Shown here piece by piece: positions 9,321 to 18,733 of a stretch of DNA of 32,011 nt. Numbering within the stretch: the stretch's first letter is position 1; each line of letters opens with the position of its first letter. Where the stretch lies: IMG/VR virus record IMGVR_UViG_3300046000_000230, positions 1 through 32,011 of that record; one strand, 5' to 3'. Under the pieces are notes generated by a model. It was not told where the DNA came from. It made no database searches and saw only the letters and a list, made by a program, of their open reading frames with translations. The DNA comes from a virus. Its lineage: Duplodnaviria > Caudoviricetes. The translations under genes and the position numbers were made by a program.

Positions 9321-9621
9321 AACACCAGCATGGCAAAGAAAAGAAGGACAAAATGCCAAAGGGGGGTTGAATGCCAAGGGGAGAGCATCTTATAATGCAG
9401 AAACTGGTGGCAACTTGAAAGCACCAGTAAAGTCGGGGGATAACCCTCGCAGAGCAAGTTTCTTGGCTCGCATGGGCAATATGGCTGGTGCTGAGTACAA
9501 GGATGGTGAACCGACAAGACTGCTTCTTTCGCTAAAGGCATGGGGTGCATCCTCAAAAGCTGACGCAAAGGCAAAAGCTAAAGCTATATCCGCAAGGAAC
9601 AAAGCGAAGGCAAGCAGATGA
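9313..9621 (+). CDS. Basic protein, DUF6321-like
   Basis: KTPAWQRKEG...GGLNAKGRASYN...RRASFLARM; GGAG RBS lies inside the end of the endonuclease gene. Confidence 0.7.
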   Translation: MLKTPAWQRKEGQNAKGGLNAKGRASYNAETGGNLKAPVKSGDNPRRASFLARMGNMAGAEYKDGEPTRLLLSLKAWGASSKADAKAKAKAISARNKAKASR

Positions 9622-10265
9622 CTTACTTAGAACTTGTAAACGATGTACTCGTAAGGTTGCGTGAAGCAACTGTTTCGACTGTTTCCGAAACATCTTATTC
9701 AACTCTGATTGGCAAGTTTGTCAATGATGCAAAGCGTCAGATTGAAGATGCTTTTGCATGGAATGTGCTTGGCACAACCATTACTCTTTCTACAACTTCT
9801 GGCACATACTCTTATGCACTGACTGGTGCTGGTCAGAAGTTCCAAGTTCTTGATGTTCTCAATGTCACAAGCAATTTACGCATGAAGAACATTGATTTTG
9901 CGACTATGAACAGGTATCAGAACTTCTCTACACCTGTGAATGGTATTCCTGCCTACTATGCTTTTGATGGAATTGATGGTAGCTATGACACCAAAGTAAC
10001 GCTGTATCCTCGCCCTGATGGTGTGTATAGCATCCCATTTAGCCTAACAGTTCCACAAGCCACTTTGTCATCAGACTCTACTATTGTCAAAGTACCTGAT
10101 GTTTTAGTTTCTCAGAATGCTTATGCTCGTGCATTGGTAGAGCGTGGTGAGGATGGTGGTCTGTCTTCATCTGAGGCTTATCTGTTATATAGGTCAATGC
10201 TCTCTGACTACATTGCCTTGGAAGGCACTCGCTATCCTGAGAATCAGGAGTTTGTGGCAGTATGA
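9618..10265 (+). CDS. Tail adaptor / tail tubular protein A-like
   Basis: MTYLELVNDVLVRLRE start, LYPRPD motif, size and position. Confidence 0.7.
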   Translation: MTYLELVNDVLVRLREATVSTVSETSYSTLIGKFVNDAKRQIEDAFAWNVLGTTITLSTTSGTYSYALTGAGQKFQVLDVLNVTSNLRMKNIDFATMNRYQNFSTPVNGIPAYYAFDGIDGSYDTKVTLYPRPDGVYSIPFSLTVPQATLSSDSTIVKVPDVLVSQNAYARALVERGEDGGLSSSEAYLLYRSMLSDYIALEGTRYPENQEFVAV

Positions 10266-11821
10266 GTCAACCGATTCAAACTTACAGCATCTCGGCTCCG
10301 GGATTCTACGGACTCAACACTCAAGACTCGCCTCTTGATTTGAATGCTGGCTTTGCTCTGGTTGCAACTAATTGCATCATTGACCAATATGGTCGTATTG
10401 GTTCACGCAAAGGTTGGTCAAGGGTTAATGCATCGTCTGGTGACTTGGGCGCAAATGATGTCAAGGTTATCCATGAGTTAGTTCAGGCTGATGGCACTTT
10501 GACTGTTTTGTTTGCTGGTAACAACAAGATTTTCAAGTTGAGTTCCACAAACACTGTGGTTGAACTCACCTATGGGGGTGGGGGTACTGCACCAACTATT
10601 ACTGCAAGCAATTGGCAGTGTGCATCTTTGAATGGCATCACATATTTCTTTCAGTCTGGTCACAATCCATTGATTTATGACCCTGCGGTATCAACTACAA
10701 CATATCGCAGAGTTTCTGAGAAAACAGGTTATCAAGCTACTGCTCCTGATGCAGACATTGTGATTTCTGCTTTTGGTCGTTTGTGGGCGGCTAATACTAC
10801 CTCTGTGAATGCAACTGTTTACTTCAGTGACTTGATTGCTGGTCATGTGTGGTCAACAGGTACTGCTGGCTCATTGAATGTGAACAATGTGTGGGTAAAT
10901 GGTGCTGACCAGATCACTGGTTTAGCGGCTCATAATGGGTTCTTGTTTATCTTTGGTAAGCGTCAAATTCTTGTATATCAAGGGGCTACAGCACCATCAA
11001 CCATGTCAATCAGTGACACTGTTGAAGGTATTGGTTGCATTGCAAGAGACAGTATTCAGACCACAAGCACTGATGTTTTATTCTTGTCAAACTCTGGTGT
11101 CAGATCATTGATGAGAACGATTCAAGAGAAGTCTGCTCCTGAGAGAGACTTGTCTAAGAATATTCGTAATGATTTGATGGGTGCTGTGGCTGGTGAGACG
11201 TTGACCAACATCAAGTCTGTCTATTCAGAGCGTGAAGCGTTCTATCTGTTGGTAACTCCTAGCATTGACACTACTTGGTGTTTTGATACCAAGGCTTATT
11301 TGCCTGATGGTTCTGCAAGGGTGACTACTTGGGATTCAATCACGCCTAAGTCTTTGCTTTCTCGCAGAGATGGAAGCCTTTACATTGGTAAGAATGGTTA
11401 TGTAGGTTATTACAACACCTATCAAGATTACCAATCTTCTTATCGTATGTTGTATTACACAAACCATGCTGACCTTGGCGATCAGAATGTCACTTCAATC
11501 TTGAAGAAGTTGTCTACTGTTGTGATTGGTGGAACAAATCAAGTGGTTACATTCAAATGGGGTTTTGACTTCAAGACAAACTATTTGTCTGACAATGCAG
11601 TTATTCCAACACAAGGTGTTTATTACTACGGAATTGCTGAGTATGGTGCAAACGCAACAACGATTGCTTATTATTCTGATGGCGTTGCATTGCAGACATT
11701 GGTAGTTCCAGCGTCAGGTTCTGGCAAAGTTGTTCAAACAGGTTATGAATCAGACATCAATGGCACTGCATTGTCGATTCAAAAGATTGAAATTCAAGCC
11801 AAAAATGGCAAGATGACTTAA
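10262..11821 (+). CDS. Tail nozzle / tubular protein B (P22 gp10-like)
   Basis: 519 aa beta-rich; FYGLN, GIGCIARDSI and FLSNSGVRSL motifs; follows the adaptor. Confidence 0.75.
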   Translation: MSQPIQTYSISAPGFYGLNTQDSPLDLNAGFALVATNCIIDQYGRIGSRKGWSRVNASSGDLGANDVKVIHELVQADGTLTVLFAGNNKIFKLSSTNTVVELTYGGGGTAPTITASNWQCASLNGITYFFQSGHNPLIYDPAVSTTTYRRVSEKTGYQATAPDADIVISAFGRLWAANTTSVNATVYFSDLIAGHVWSTGTAGSLNVNNVWVNGADQITGLAAHNGFLFIFGKRQILVYQGATAPSTMSISDTVEGIGCIARDSIQTTSTDVLFLSNSGVRSLMRTIQEKSAPERDLSKNIRNDLMGAVAGETLTNIKSVYSEREAFYLLVTPSIDTTWCFDTKAYLPDGSARVTTWDSITPKSLLSRRDGSLYIGKNGYVGYYNTYQDYQSSYRMLYYTNHADLGDQNVTSILKKLSTVVIGGTNQVVTFKWGFDFKTNYLSDNAVIPTQGVYYYGIAEYGANATTIAYYSDGVALQTLVVPASGSGKVVQTGYESDINGTALSIQKIEIQAKNGKMT

Positions 11822-11830
11822 AGGGAAATT

Positions 11831-12514
11831 ATGAGTGACTACACCAAAAGCACGAACTTTGCCACCAAAGACAATTTGTCTTCTGGCAATCCTTTGAAGA
11901 TTGTCAAAGGCACAGAGATTGATACTGAGTTCAACAATATTCAAACTGCTGTTGCAACCAAAGCAGATTTGGTAAGTCCTACCTTTACTGGTACGCCCAC
12001 ACTACCAACAGGTACTATTGCGACTACTCAGTCTGCTGGCAGTAATACAACCACTATAGCAACCACTGCTTTTGTTCAAGCGGCAATTGCTTTATTGTAT
12101 CCAGTTGGTTCAATCTACACAAATGCTTCTGTCAGCACTAACCCTGCAACATTGCTTGGTTTTGGCACATGGACTGCATTTGCCGCTGGTCGTGTAATGG
12201 TTGGTTTTGATTCAGGTAATGCACTGTTTGACACTGCTGAAGAAACTGGCGGTAGTGCAGATGCAATTGTTGTAAGCCACACCCACACAGCAACAGTGAC
12301 AGACAGTGGACACTTTCATAAATGGGGAAGTTCGCCAGTTACAACTAGAGAGTCAGGGGTAGCAGGGCAATACGACGGAACTGGCTCTACTCAAAACAAT
12401 ACCAGCACAGTAACAACTGGAATTAGCGTATCTAATAGTACAACTGGTTCAAGTGGAACAAATGCTAACTATCAGCCGTACATTACTGTTTATATGTGGA
12501 AAAGGGCTTCTTAA
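11831..12514 (+). CDS. Short tail fibre / spike
   Basis: EIDTEFNNIQTA anchor, ATTAFV, LYPVGSIY and QPYITVYMWKR motifs. Confidence 0.75.
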   Translation: MSDYTKSTNFATKDNLSSGNPLKIVKGTEIDTEFNNIQTAVATKADLVSPTFTGTPTLPTGTIATTQSAGSNTTTIATTAFVQAAIALLYPVGSIYTNASVSTNPATLLGFGTWTAFAAGRVMVGFDSGNALFDTAEETGGSADAIVVSHTHTATVTDSGHFHKWGSSPVTTRESGVAGQYDGTGSTQNNTSTVTTGISVSNSTTGSSGTNANYQPYITVYMWKRAS

Positions 12515-12834
12515 TGATGATGCAAGACCCTGAATATCGCATTATTCATCACTTCAGTGATGGGTTGTATGCCAAGGAGTCATTCTTTACTGCTGGAATG
12601 AGCATCTTGAAGCATACGCATGACTTTAGTCATTTGTCGATATTGGCTCATGGCAAGGTTGCTGTGTTGCGTGGTACTGAGATTGATATTTATTCTGCGC
12701 CAGCGTGTATTGAGATTGAAGCAGGATTGACTCATGGAGTCAAAGCGATAACAGATTGTGTTTGGTTTTGTATTCATGCCACTGACGAGAAAGACCCGTC
12801 TAAAGTGGATGAGATTTTGATTAAAGGAGAATGA
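12514..12834 (+). CDS. Cupin-fold protein
   Basis: HHFSDGLY...HTH.FSH...H.V.AITD.VWFCIH; TAATG coupling. Confidence 0.7.
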   Translation: MMMQDPEYRIIHHFSDGLYAKESFFTAGMSILKHTHDFSHLSILAHGKVAVLRGTEIDIYSAPACIEIEAGLTHGVKAITDCVWFCIHATDEKDPSKVDEILIKGE

Positions 12835-12835
12835 T

Positions 12836-13891
12836 ATGCCAATAGCCGCCGCCGCAATAATGGGAGGTGCGTCACTATTAGGTGGTGCAATGCAAAGTAG
12901 AGCCGCCAAAGGTGCGGCTGAACAATCTGCTCAGGCTCAACTTGAGGCGGCACGAATTGCGGCTGAAGCGGCTAAGTTTCGCCCTGTAGGTGTAACTACT
13001 CGCTTTGGTAGCTCTAATTTCCAGTTTGACCCTAGTGGTTATCTAACTGGTGCTGGTTACACAGTATCTCCTGAACTAAAAGGCTATCAAGACCGATTAC
13101 AGGCTCTCACAGGTACTGCTTTAACTGATGCAGAATTAGCTAGAACGCAATATCAACCTTTGCAAACTGGTGCTACAGGACTGTTTAATCTTGGTCAGCA
13201 ATATCTACAACAGTCCCCTGAGCAAGTTGCACAGAAATATATGCAACAGCAACAGGATTTGCTTGCCCCTAGTCGTGAAAGACAGATGGCTCAGTTGCAA
13301 AACCAGTTGTTCCAAACAGGTCGTGGTGGCTTATCTGTAGGTGCTACAGGATTGCGTCCAAGTGGTGCTGGTGGTTTGGGTGCTACAACTCCTGAGATGG
13401 AAGCCTACTACAACGCATTGGCTCAACAAGACTTGGCACTTGCTTCACAAGCTCAACAAGCTGGACAGCAAAATGTGGCTTTTGGTGCAGGGTTACTAGG
13501 TTCTGGTGCTGGCTTAATGGGTCAGTATCAAGCTGGTCAAGTCGGTGCATTAAGTCCATTCAGTACATATTTGGGTGCTGGCTCTACTATTGAGTCTCTT
13601 GGTCAACAACCTTTAGCTTTGGGTTCTGAACTTGGCGGTCGTTCTGCGACTGCTGGTGCTAATGTTGGTCAATCATTGCTTACTGGTGGCATGAGTGCGG
13701 CTAAAACTCTCCAAGGGGCGGCTGGTAGTGGACTTGGACTTGGCTTAATGAACTTGGGTAGAAGTCCTGAGTTTGGTAGTGGTGTGGCTAATGCTTTATC
13801 AGGCATAAACTTTGGGTTTGGTTCTGCTCCATCTGGTGCGGCTGGTTACAACATCAGCCCATCAGCATTTGGTGAATACTACGGCATTTAA
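12836..13891 (+). CDS. Internal virion / DNA ejection protein 1
   Basis: G/A/Q-rich with hydrophobic N-terminus; position after the tail genes. Confidence 0.65.
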   Translation: MPIAAAAIMGGASLLGGAMQSRAAKGAAEQSAQAQLEAARIAAEAAKFRPVGVTTRFGSSNFQFDPSGYLTGAGYTVSPELKGYQDRLQALTGTALTDAELARTQYQPLQTGATGLFNLGQQYLQQSPEQVAQKYMQQQQDLLAPSRERQMAQLQNQLFQTGRGGLSVGATGLRPSGAGGLGATTPEMEAYYNALAQQDLALASQAQQAGQQNVAFGAGLLGSGAGLMGQYQAGQVGALSPFSTYLGAGSTIESLGQQPLALGSELGGRSATAGANVGQSLLTGGMSAAKTLQGAAGSGLGLGLMNLGRSPEFGSGVANALSGINFGFGSAPSGAAGYNISPSAFGEYYGI

Positions 13892-13900
13892 GGATAAATC

Positions 13901-15472
13901 ATGGCAACATCAGAAATCTTAGGTTTATTCGCAAGCCCACAGCAGTATGAGCAACAGCGTCAAGCCGCTATGGAGGCTCAAGCCTTGCGTATGGCTGAAC
14001 TTAACCCCATGCAACAAGGTCAGTATGGCATTGCTCTTGGCGCACAGCAATTAGGTCGTGCCATTGGTGGTGCTTTGGGTGGTGTAGACCCACAGTTGCA
14101 GAAGATCACTCAGCGTCAGCAGTTGCTTGGCATGATCGACCCAAGCAATCCTGATTCTTATGCTCAAGCAATTCAAGCCGCAATACAAACTGGTGACCAA
14201 GAAGCGGCATTCCTTTTGCGTAATGAGATGATGAAGGTTAAGCAACAGTTTCAAGAGCAACAGTTAGGACAGTTAAAGACAGAAGATTATCTGACTCAGC
14301 GTGGCTTGGGTATTCAATCCAGAGGTCTTGAGGCACAAGCACAAGAGTTGTCTAAACAACTTAGAAATACTGATGGCACTATCAATGAGGAAGTCAAAGC
14401 CAAGATGCTTGCATTTCCTCAAGGTCGTGCCGCTATTTCTGAATTGGCTAAGATCATTCCTGACTTGCGTAAGATTGGTGCTATGGGTGTGCCAGAGGAA
14501 GACCCATTCAAGATTTTTATTGATGACGCAAGCATCCCTGCAAATGTGAAGACTCTTGCAACTCAATACTCAAGTAGTTTTGCCAAAGGAATGATTGACC
14601 CTGACAAGGTTGATGCAAGGGTCAAAGACTTGGCTGATATGACTCAGCGGATTAACCAATTCGATCAATCACAACAACAAATCAAAGCCAATCAAGATTC
14701 AATGGCGGCTCTGAAAGTGCAAGGTCTTGAGAACTCTCAGGCATATCTTGCATTGGCACAGTCACAAGCTAAGTTGGCAGAACAACAAAACACATTTAAT
14801 CAGCAAATGAGGGTGGCTGAAGCTAATCGTAAGCGTCAAGAAGATATTGACAAGGCAGAGGCAAAGAGAAGAGAAGCAGAGCAAAAAGCAGAAGAAAAAA
14901 GAAATAAACCTCTTAGAGCAGACTTGGCTAAAGATGAAGAAGCTGATTACACGAAGGCAAGTGAAGCTAGGAATCTGGCTGTTGAAGCCAATGATTATGT
15001 AAACAGCATCAAGGCTGGCAATATCAAGTTTGGATTGAAAGATCGTGCTTCTATTGCGATTAGAAGTGCGGCAGGGTCAAATGACCCTGATGTAGTTGCA
15101 AGAAATGACTTTGAGAGGTTCAAGACTCGCCTTGTCAATGAGTCTTTGCGCCTCAACAAGGGTACTCAAACAGAGGGTGATGCACAGCGTTCAATCAAAG
15201 AGTTGCAAGGTGCTGAGTCTGAGGTTGATGCCGCTAAAGCAATCAACACACTGGCTCTACTTAACGCTAGAAAAGTCTCTGATGCACAGAAATCAATTGA
15301 AAGACGCAGAAGGAATGCAAACTTAGCATTGCCTGAAGTACCAATTGAGCCATTGAGTTTTGAACCTCAGACATTCACGCAAAAAGATGTTGACTCATTC
15401 TTGAAGAATCCTAAGTATCCAAAAGGCACTATTTTTGTTGACCCTAAAGGGGTTAGAAGGGTGAAACCATAA
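13901..15472 (+). CDS. Internal virion / DNA ejection protein 2
   Basis: Q-rich coiled coil; second of three long helical genes. Confidence 0.6.
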   Translation: MATSEILGLFASPQQYEQQRQAAMEAQALRMAELNPMQQGQYGIALGAQQLGRAIGGALGGVDPQLQKITQRQQLLGMIDPSNPDSYAQAIQAAIQTGDQEAAFLLRNEMMKVKQQFQEQQLGQLKTEDYLTQRGLGIQSRGLEAQAQELSKQLRNTDGTINEEVKAKMLAFPQGRAAISELAKIIPDLRKIGAMGVPEEDPFKIFIDDASIPANVKTLATQYSSSFAKGMIDPDKVDARVKDLADMTQRINQFDQSQQQIKANQDSMAALKVQGLENSQAYLALAQSQAKLAEQQNTFNQQMRVAEANRKRQEDIDKAEAKRREAEQKAEEKRNKPLRADLAKDEEADYTKASEARNLAVEANDYVNSIKAGNIKFGLKDRASIAIRSAAGSNDPDVVARNDFERFKTRLVNESLRLNKGTQTEGDAQRSIKELQGAESEVDAAKAINTLALLNARKVSDAQKSIERRRRNANLALPEVPIEPLSFEPQTFTQKDVDSFLKNPKYPKGTIFVDPKGVRRVKP

Positions 15473-17379
15473 TGGTAGATTACACAACATTGCCTTTGGC
15501 TGATGATGTTGAAGCATCTAACGCACAAGCTATCCAATCAACCTTTGCACCAAAAGTAACCTATAACCCACTAGTCGAGACTGTCAGGTCTGTGGGTCAA
15601 GGTGCAACCTTTGGCACTTTGGATGAAATTGAGGCGGCATTACGCACAGGCTCTATCAGCAATGATGAGTATGTGAAATTGCGTGACCAGTTGCGAGGTC
15701 AACAAAGACAGTTTGGTGAGGACTTCCCTGCTGTTAAGACTCCTGTTGAATTGGCTGGTGGATTTGCTATTCCTTTTGGTGCGGCTCGTCAGGTTCAAAG
15801 ATTAGCACCAGAAACACAAGCACTGATAACTGGCACAACAACAATGGGTCAGGTCGGTAGAGCCACTGCTTTAGGCACAGGAACTGGTGCATTAGCAGGG
15901 TATGGCTATGCAGAGGGAGATGCTGGCTCAGAGGCGGTAACAGGTGCTGTTTTTGGTGGCGTATTGGGTGGTACTGTTCCCATCGTTATCAACAAAGCTG
16001 GCTCAGTCATTAAGAATGTGTTGAACTCTGCCGGCATTGGTGACCAAGCAACAGCATCATCCAAGATGTTGGCTAATTACATGGAGAAGGACAATCTCAC
16101 ACCTCAAGAGGCTCAACAAGCACTTGATGAGTTGAGAAGAATTGGTGTGCCTAACCCTGTCATTGCCGACTTGGGCGCAAACTTGAAAAGTCTAGGCTAC
16201 AACGCTTATATCGTTCAGTCTAAAGCCAAGGGTGCTACTGAAGAGTTCCTTGCAAGTAGACTGATTGACCAACCTAACGATATTGTCAAGGGATTGGTTC
16301 AAAAGGCAGGGTTGGCTAAAGATGTCAATGGTTTCCAATATTTAGATGCACTTGCTGAATCTCAATCTTTGAAGGCAAGTCAGGCGTACCCAAATGCTTA
16401 CCGCATAGACATTGATGCAAGACCATTCAGAGAATACATTGACAGAGATGTATTTAAAAACGCATATAAAAATGCAGTAAGAAGTGCAGATACCAAGGGC
16501 ATCAAGTTGCCTAGTTTGGACGCTATCCGCAATGCTCAATCAGTTCCCACAGATATATTGCACAAAATAAAGATGGGTCTTGATACAGTGATTGAGGGAG
16601 AAACAGACGCTGTAACAGGCAAAGTTTCTAGCTATGGTCGTGATGTCGTCAATGTCAAGAATGAATTTAACGACAAGATCAAGGCACTCAATAACGATTA
16701 CAAATTAGCCAATGCTGAATTTGCTGATGCTTCACGCATTAGGAATTCATTTGAGATGGGGCAAAAGTACCAAACACTTGACCCCAAACAGGCGGCATCT
16801 AATATCAAGAAGATGAACAATGACGAGAAAGAAGCGTTCAGACTTGGCATGATGGCAGACATCAATGCCAGACTTGGAAAATACAAGGGTGGAGACTTCA
16901 CCAGAGAGATATTCAAGTCTGACAACCAGAAATTGCTTATTCGTAACGCATTCACCGACACTGTTGACGCTAATGGCAATGTCATTAAGTCAGCACAGGA
17001 TGCTTACACTGAGTTCTCTCAGTATGTAAAAGGCTTGACCGATCAAAGCAAGACCGCTAAGAAGATCATTGCTGGTTCACCTAGCGGTGAGCGTATAGCT
17101 AGTACAGATCAAGCCAGAGAAATGGCTGGTATGGCTCAAAGTGCGGCAAGTGGCGATGTATTTGGTTTGATGAGAGCCGCTGGCTCATCATTGCTTGCAA
17201 GAGCAAAGGGCATCAGTAGCGAGTCATCTGAAATATTGCAAGGAAAACTGTTCAGTGCTGACCCGATAGAACAACGAGCAATCCTTGCTGAGTTGAATCG
17301 CAGAGCAAGAACACCCAAGACAGGCTTGTTATCTGGTGCGGCTGGTGTTGGTACTGCCACTGGCATCGTAGGAGACTGA
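15472..17379 (+). CDS. Internal virion / DNA ejection protein 3
   Basis: GQGATFGTLDEIEA motif and glycine-zipper segments; 635 aa. Confidence 0.65.
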   Translation: MVDYTTLPLADDVEASNAQAIQSTFAPKVTYNPLVETVRSVGQGATFGTLDEIEAALRTGSISNDEYVKLRDQLRGQQRQFGEDFPAVKTPVELAGGFAIPFGAARQVQRLAPETQALITGTTTMGQVGRATALGTGTGALAGYGYAEGDAGSEAVTGAVFGGVLGGTVPIVINKAGSVIKNVLNSAGIGDQATASSKMLANYMEKDNLTPQEAQQALDELRRIGVPNPVIADLGANLKSLGYNAYIVQSKAKGATEEFLASRLIDQPNDIVKGLVQKAGLAKDVNGFQYLDALAESQSLKASQAYPNAYRIDIDARPFREYIDRDVFKNAYKNAVRSADTKGIKLPSLDAIRNAQSVPTDILHKIKMGLDTVIEGETDAVTGKVSSYGRDVVNVKNEFNDKIKALNNDYKLANAEFADASRIRNSFEMGQKYQTLDPKQAASNIKKMNNDEKEAFRLGMMADINARLGKYKGGDFTREIFKSDNQKLLIRNAFTDTVDANGNVIKSAQDAYTEFSQYVKGLTDQSKTAKKIIAGSPSGERIASTDQAREMAGMAQSAASGDVFGLMRAAGSSLLARAKGISSESSEILQGKLFSADPIEQRAILAELNRRARTPKTGLLSGAAGVGTATGIVGD

Positions 17380-17380
17380 A

Positions 17381-18079
17381 ATTGATCCGATCACGATTTG
17401 CCTCATGGCGGCAGGGCTTGTCTCAAAAATACAGCAGTCTGTTGAATTGTACAAATCAGCTCGTGAGCATTTTGTCCAAGTCAAAGCCACTGCTGATGAA
17501 GTTGTGGCTATCGGCAAGGAACTTGGTGGCTTATGGAGCAAGCTACGCAAGTTCTTTGCTGGTAGCCCAAAGCCTCAAGTTGCAAAGCCTGTGGCTAAGT
17601 CTAAGAAGCCTACTTATGTCGATGTGGATGAAACTCAAGTCAAGATTGGGATTGTCCAAGACTTAACAGCGTTTTTTAAATTGCAGGAGCAATTAGCTGA
17701 ACACATACGATCTGAGGAGTTGAAAAGCATAACAGTCTATGACCCTAACCAGAATCATATGGAAGCGGCTTTGAAGAGGGTGATGGCGGCTCAAGAGATG
17801 GAAAGATTGACAGTTCAAATAAGAGAGTGTCTCGTCTATAACGCTCCTAGTGAAATGGGTGCTTTGTACAGTTCAGTTTACGAGATGAAGGACAAGATTG
17901 AAGAGGAGCAGACGCAAGCAAGGTTAAAAGAAGAGGCTAAAAAGAGGCAAGAACTATGGCTACGCAAGGAAGAACAAAGAAACTTCCAGTTAAAGCTAGG
18001 GTATCTAGCCGTGACTTTTATATTCCTCCTGTACCTGTGGATGTGGTTGTTGTTCGTAAGTCAGTGGAGGAAGACATAA
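17381..18079 (+). CDS. Coiled-coil protein with C-terminal TM anchor (start ATT 17381 or ATG 17405)
   Basis: AGGAG at 17370-17374 is correctly spaced for the in-frame ATT. C-terminal LGYLAVTFIFLLYLWMWLLFV. Confidence 0.7.
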   Translation: MDPITICLMAAGLVSKIQQSVELYKSAREHFVQVKATADEVVAIGKELGGLWSKLRKFFAGSPKPQVAKPVAKSKKPTYVDVDETQVKIGIVQDLTAFFKLQEQLAEHIRSEELKSITVYDPNQNHMEAALKRVMAAQEMERLTVQIRECLVYNAPSEMGALYSSVYEMKDKIEEEQTQARLKEEAKKRQELWLRKEEQRNFQLKLGYLAVTFIFLLYLWMWLLFVSQWRKT

Positions 18080-18243
18080 TGGGATGGATTGCCGCTTGTG
18101 TCTTGATTGCTTTGCTGTTGCCATTGATGGGGTTTCTTTATCTTGACATCTTAGAGACTAAAAATGAGGCAAAGTCTCAGATTGAAAAAGTCGAGAAGTT
18201 AAGGCGGCAAGTGGAACAAAAAGAGAGGGAGAAAGAGAAATGA
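18079..18243 (+). CDS. Small N-terminal TM plus coiled-coil protein (54 aa)
   Basis: GGAGG RBS and TAATG coupling; MGWIAACVLIALLLPLMGFLYLD... Confidence 0.7.
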   Translation: MGWIAACVLIALLLPLMGFLYLDILETKNEAKSQIEKVEKLRRQVEQKEREKEK

Positions 18244-18413
18244 AAATAGTTTGCTTGATGGCACTGGTTCTATTGTCTGCCTGTGAAGATAGGTTTAGAT
18301 ATAAGTGCCAAGACCCCCAGAATTGGCAAAATGCCGAATGTAAGCCCCCAATCTGTACCGCTACAGGTACTTGCCCAGAGCAACTCGTTAAACCTGAACA
18401 GGAGAAAAAGTAA
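18240..18413 (+). CDS. Small Cys-rich lipoprotein (57 aa, not in ORF track)
   Basis: MKIVCLMALVLLSAC lipobox followed by four more Cys; ATGA and TAATG coupling on either side. Confidence 0.75.
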   Translation: MKIVCLMALVLLSACEDRFRYKCQDPQNWQNAECKPPICTATGTCPEQLVKPEQEKK

Positions 18414-18733
18414 TGCCAACAGTAGGATTTAAACCAAACAACCGAATGACCGCGGAAGAGATTGAAGTCCGAATTTGGGCAATCGTCATCTTCTCCCTGA
18501 CCATGATTCTTCTTGGCTCTGTAGCTATGTTCCTATACAGCGTTTCATTTGTTACGCAACCAATGTCAGGCATGGCGGCAATTGACAAGGTATATACACA
18601 GCAAATCAATACCATCATGGTGTTTATCACTGGTGTTTTGGGTGGTGTGGCTGGTCGTAGTGCTGTGTCTGCCAGTGCCAAGGCTATTGCCAAGGCAGAC
18701 GCTGACGCTGACTCAGAGCCACCAACACCATGA
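18413..18733 (+). CDS. Putative holin (2 TM)
   Basis: Two hydrophobic helices; lies upstream of the spanin and endolysin genes. Confidence 0.55.
   Translation: MPTVGFKPNNRMTAEEIEVRIWAIVIFSLTMILLGSVAMFLYSVSFVTQPMSGMAAIDKVYTQQINTIMVFITGVLGGVAGRSAVSASAKAIAKADADADSEPPTP

Noticed and set aside
495-17550. Many minus-strand ORFs opposite the structural genes
   Set aside because: They look like antisense shadows of biased coding sequence, with no RBS or motifs.
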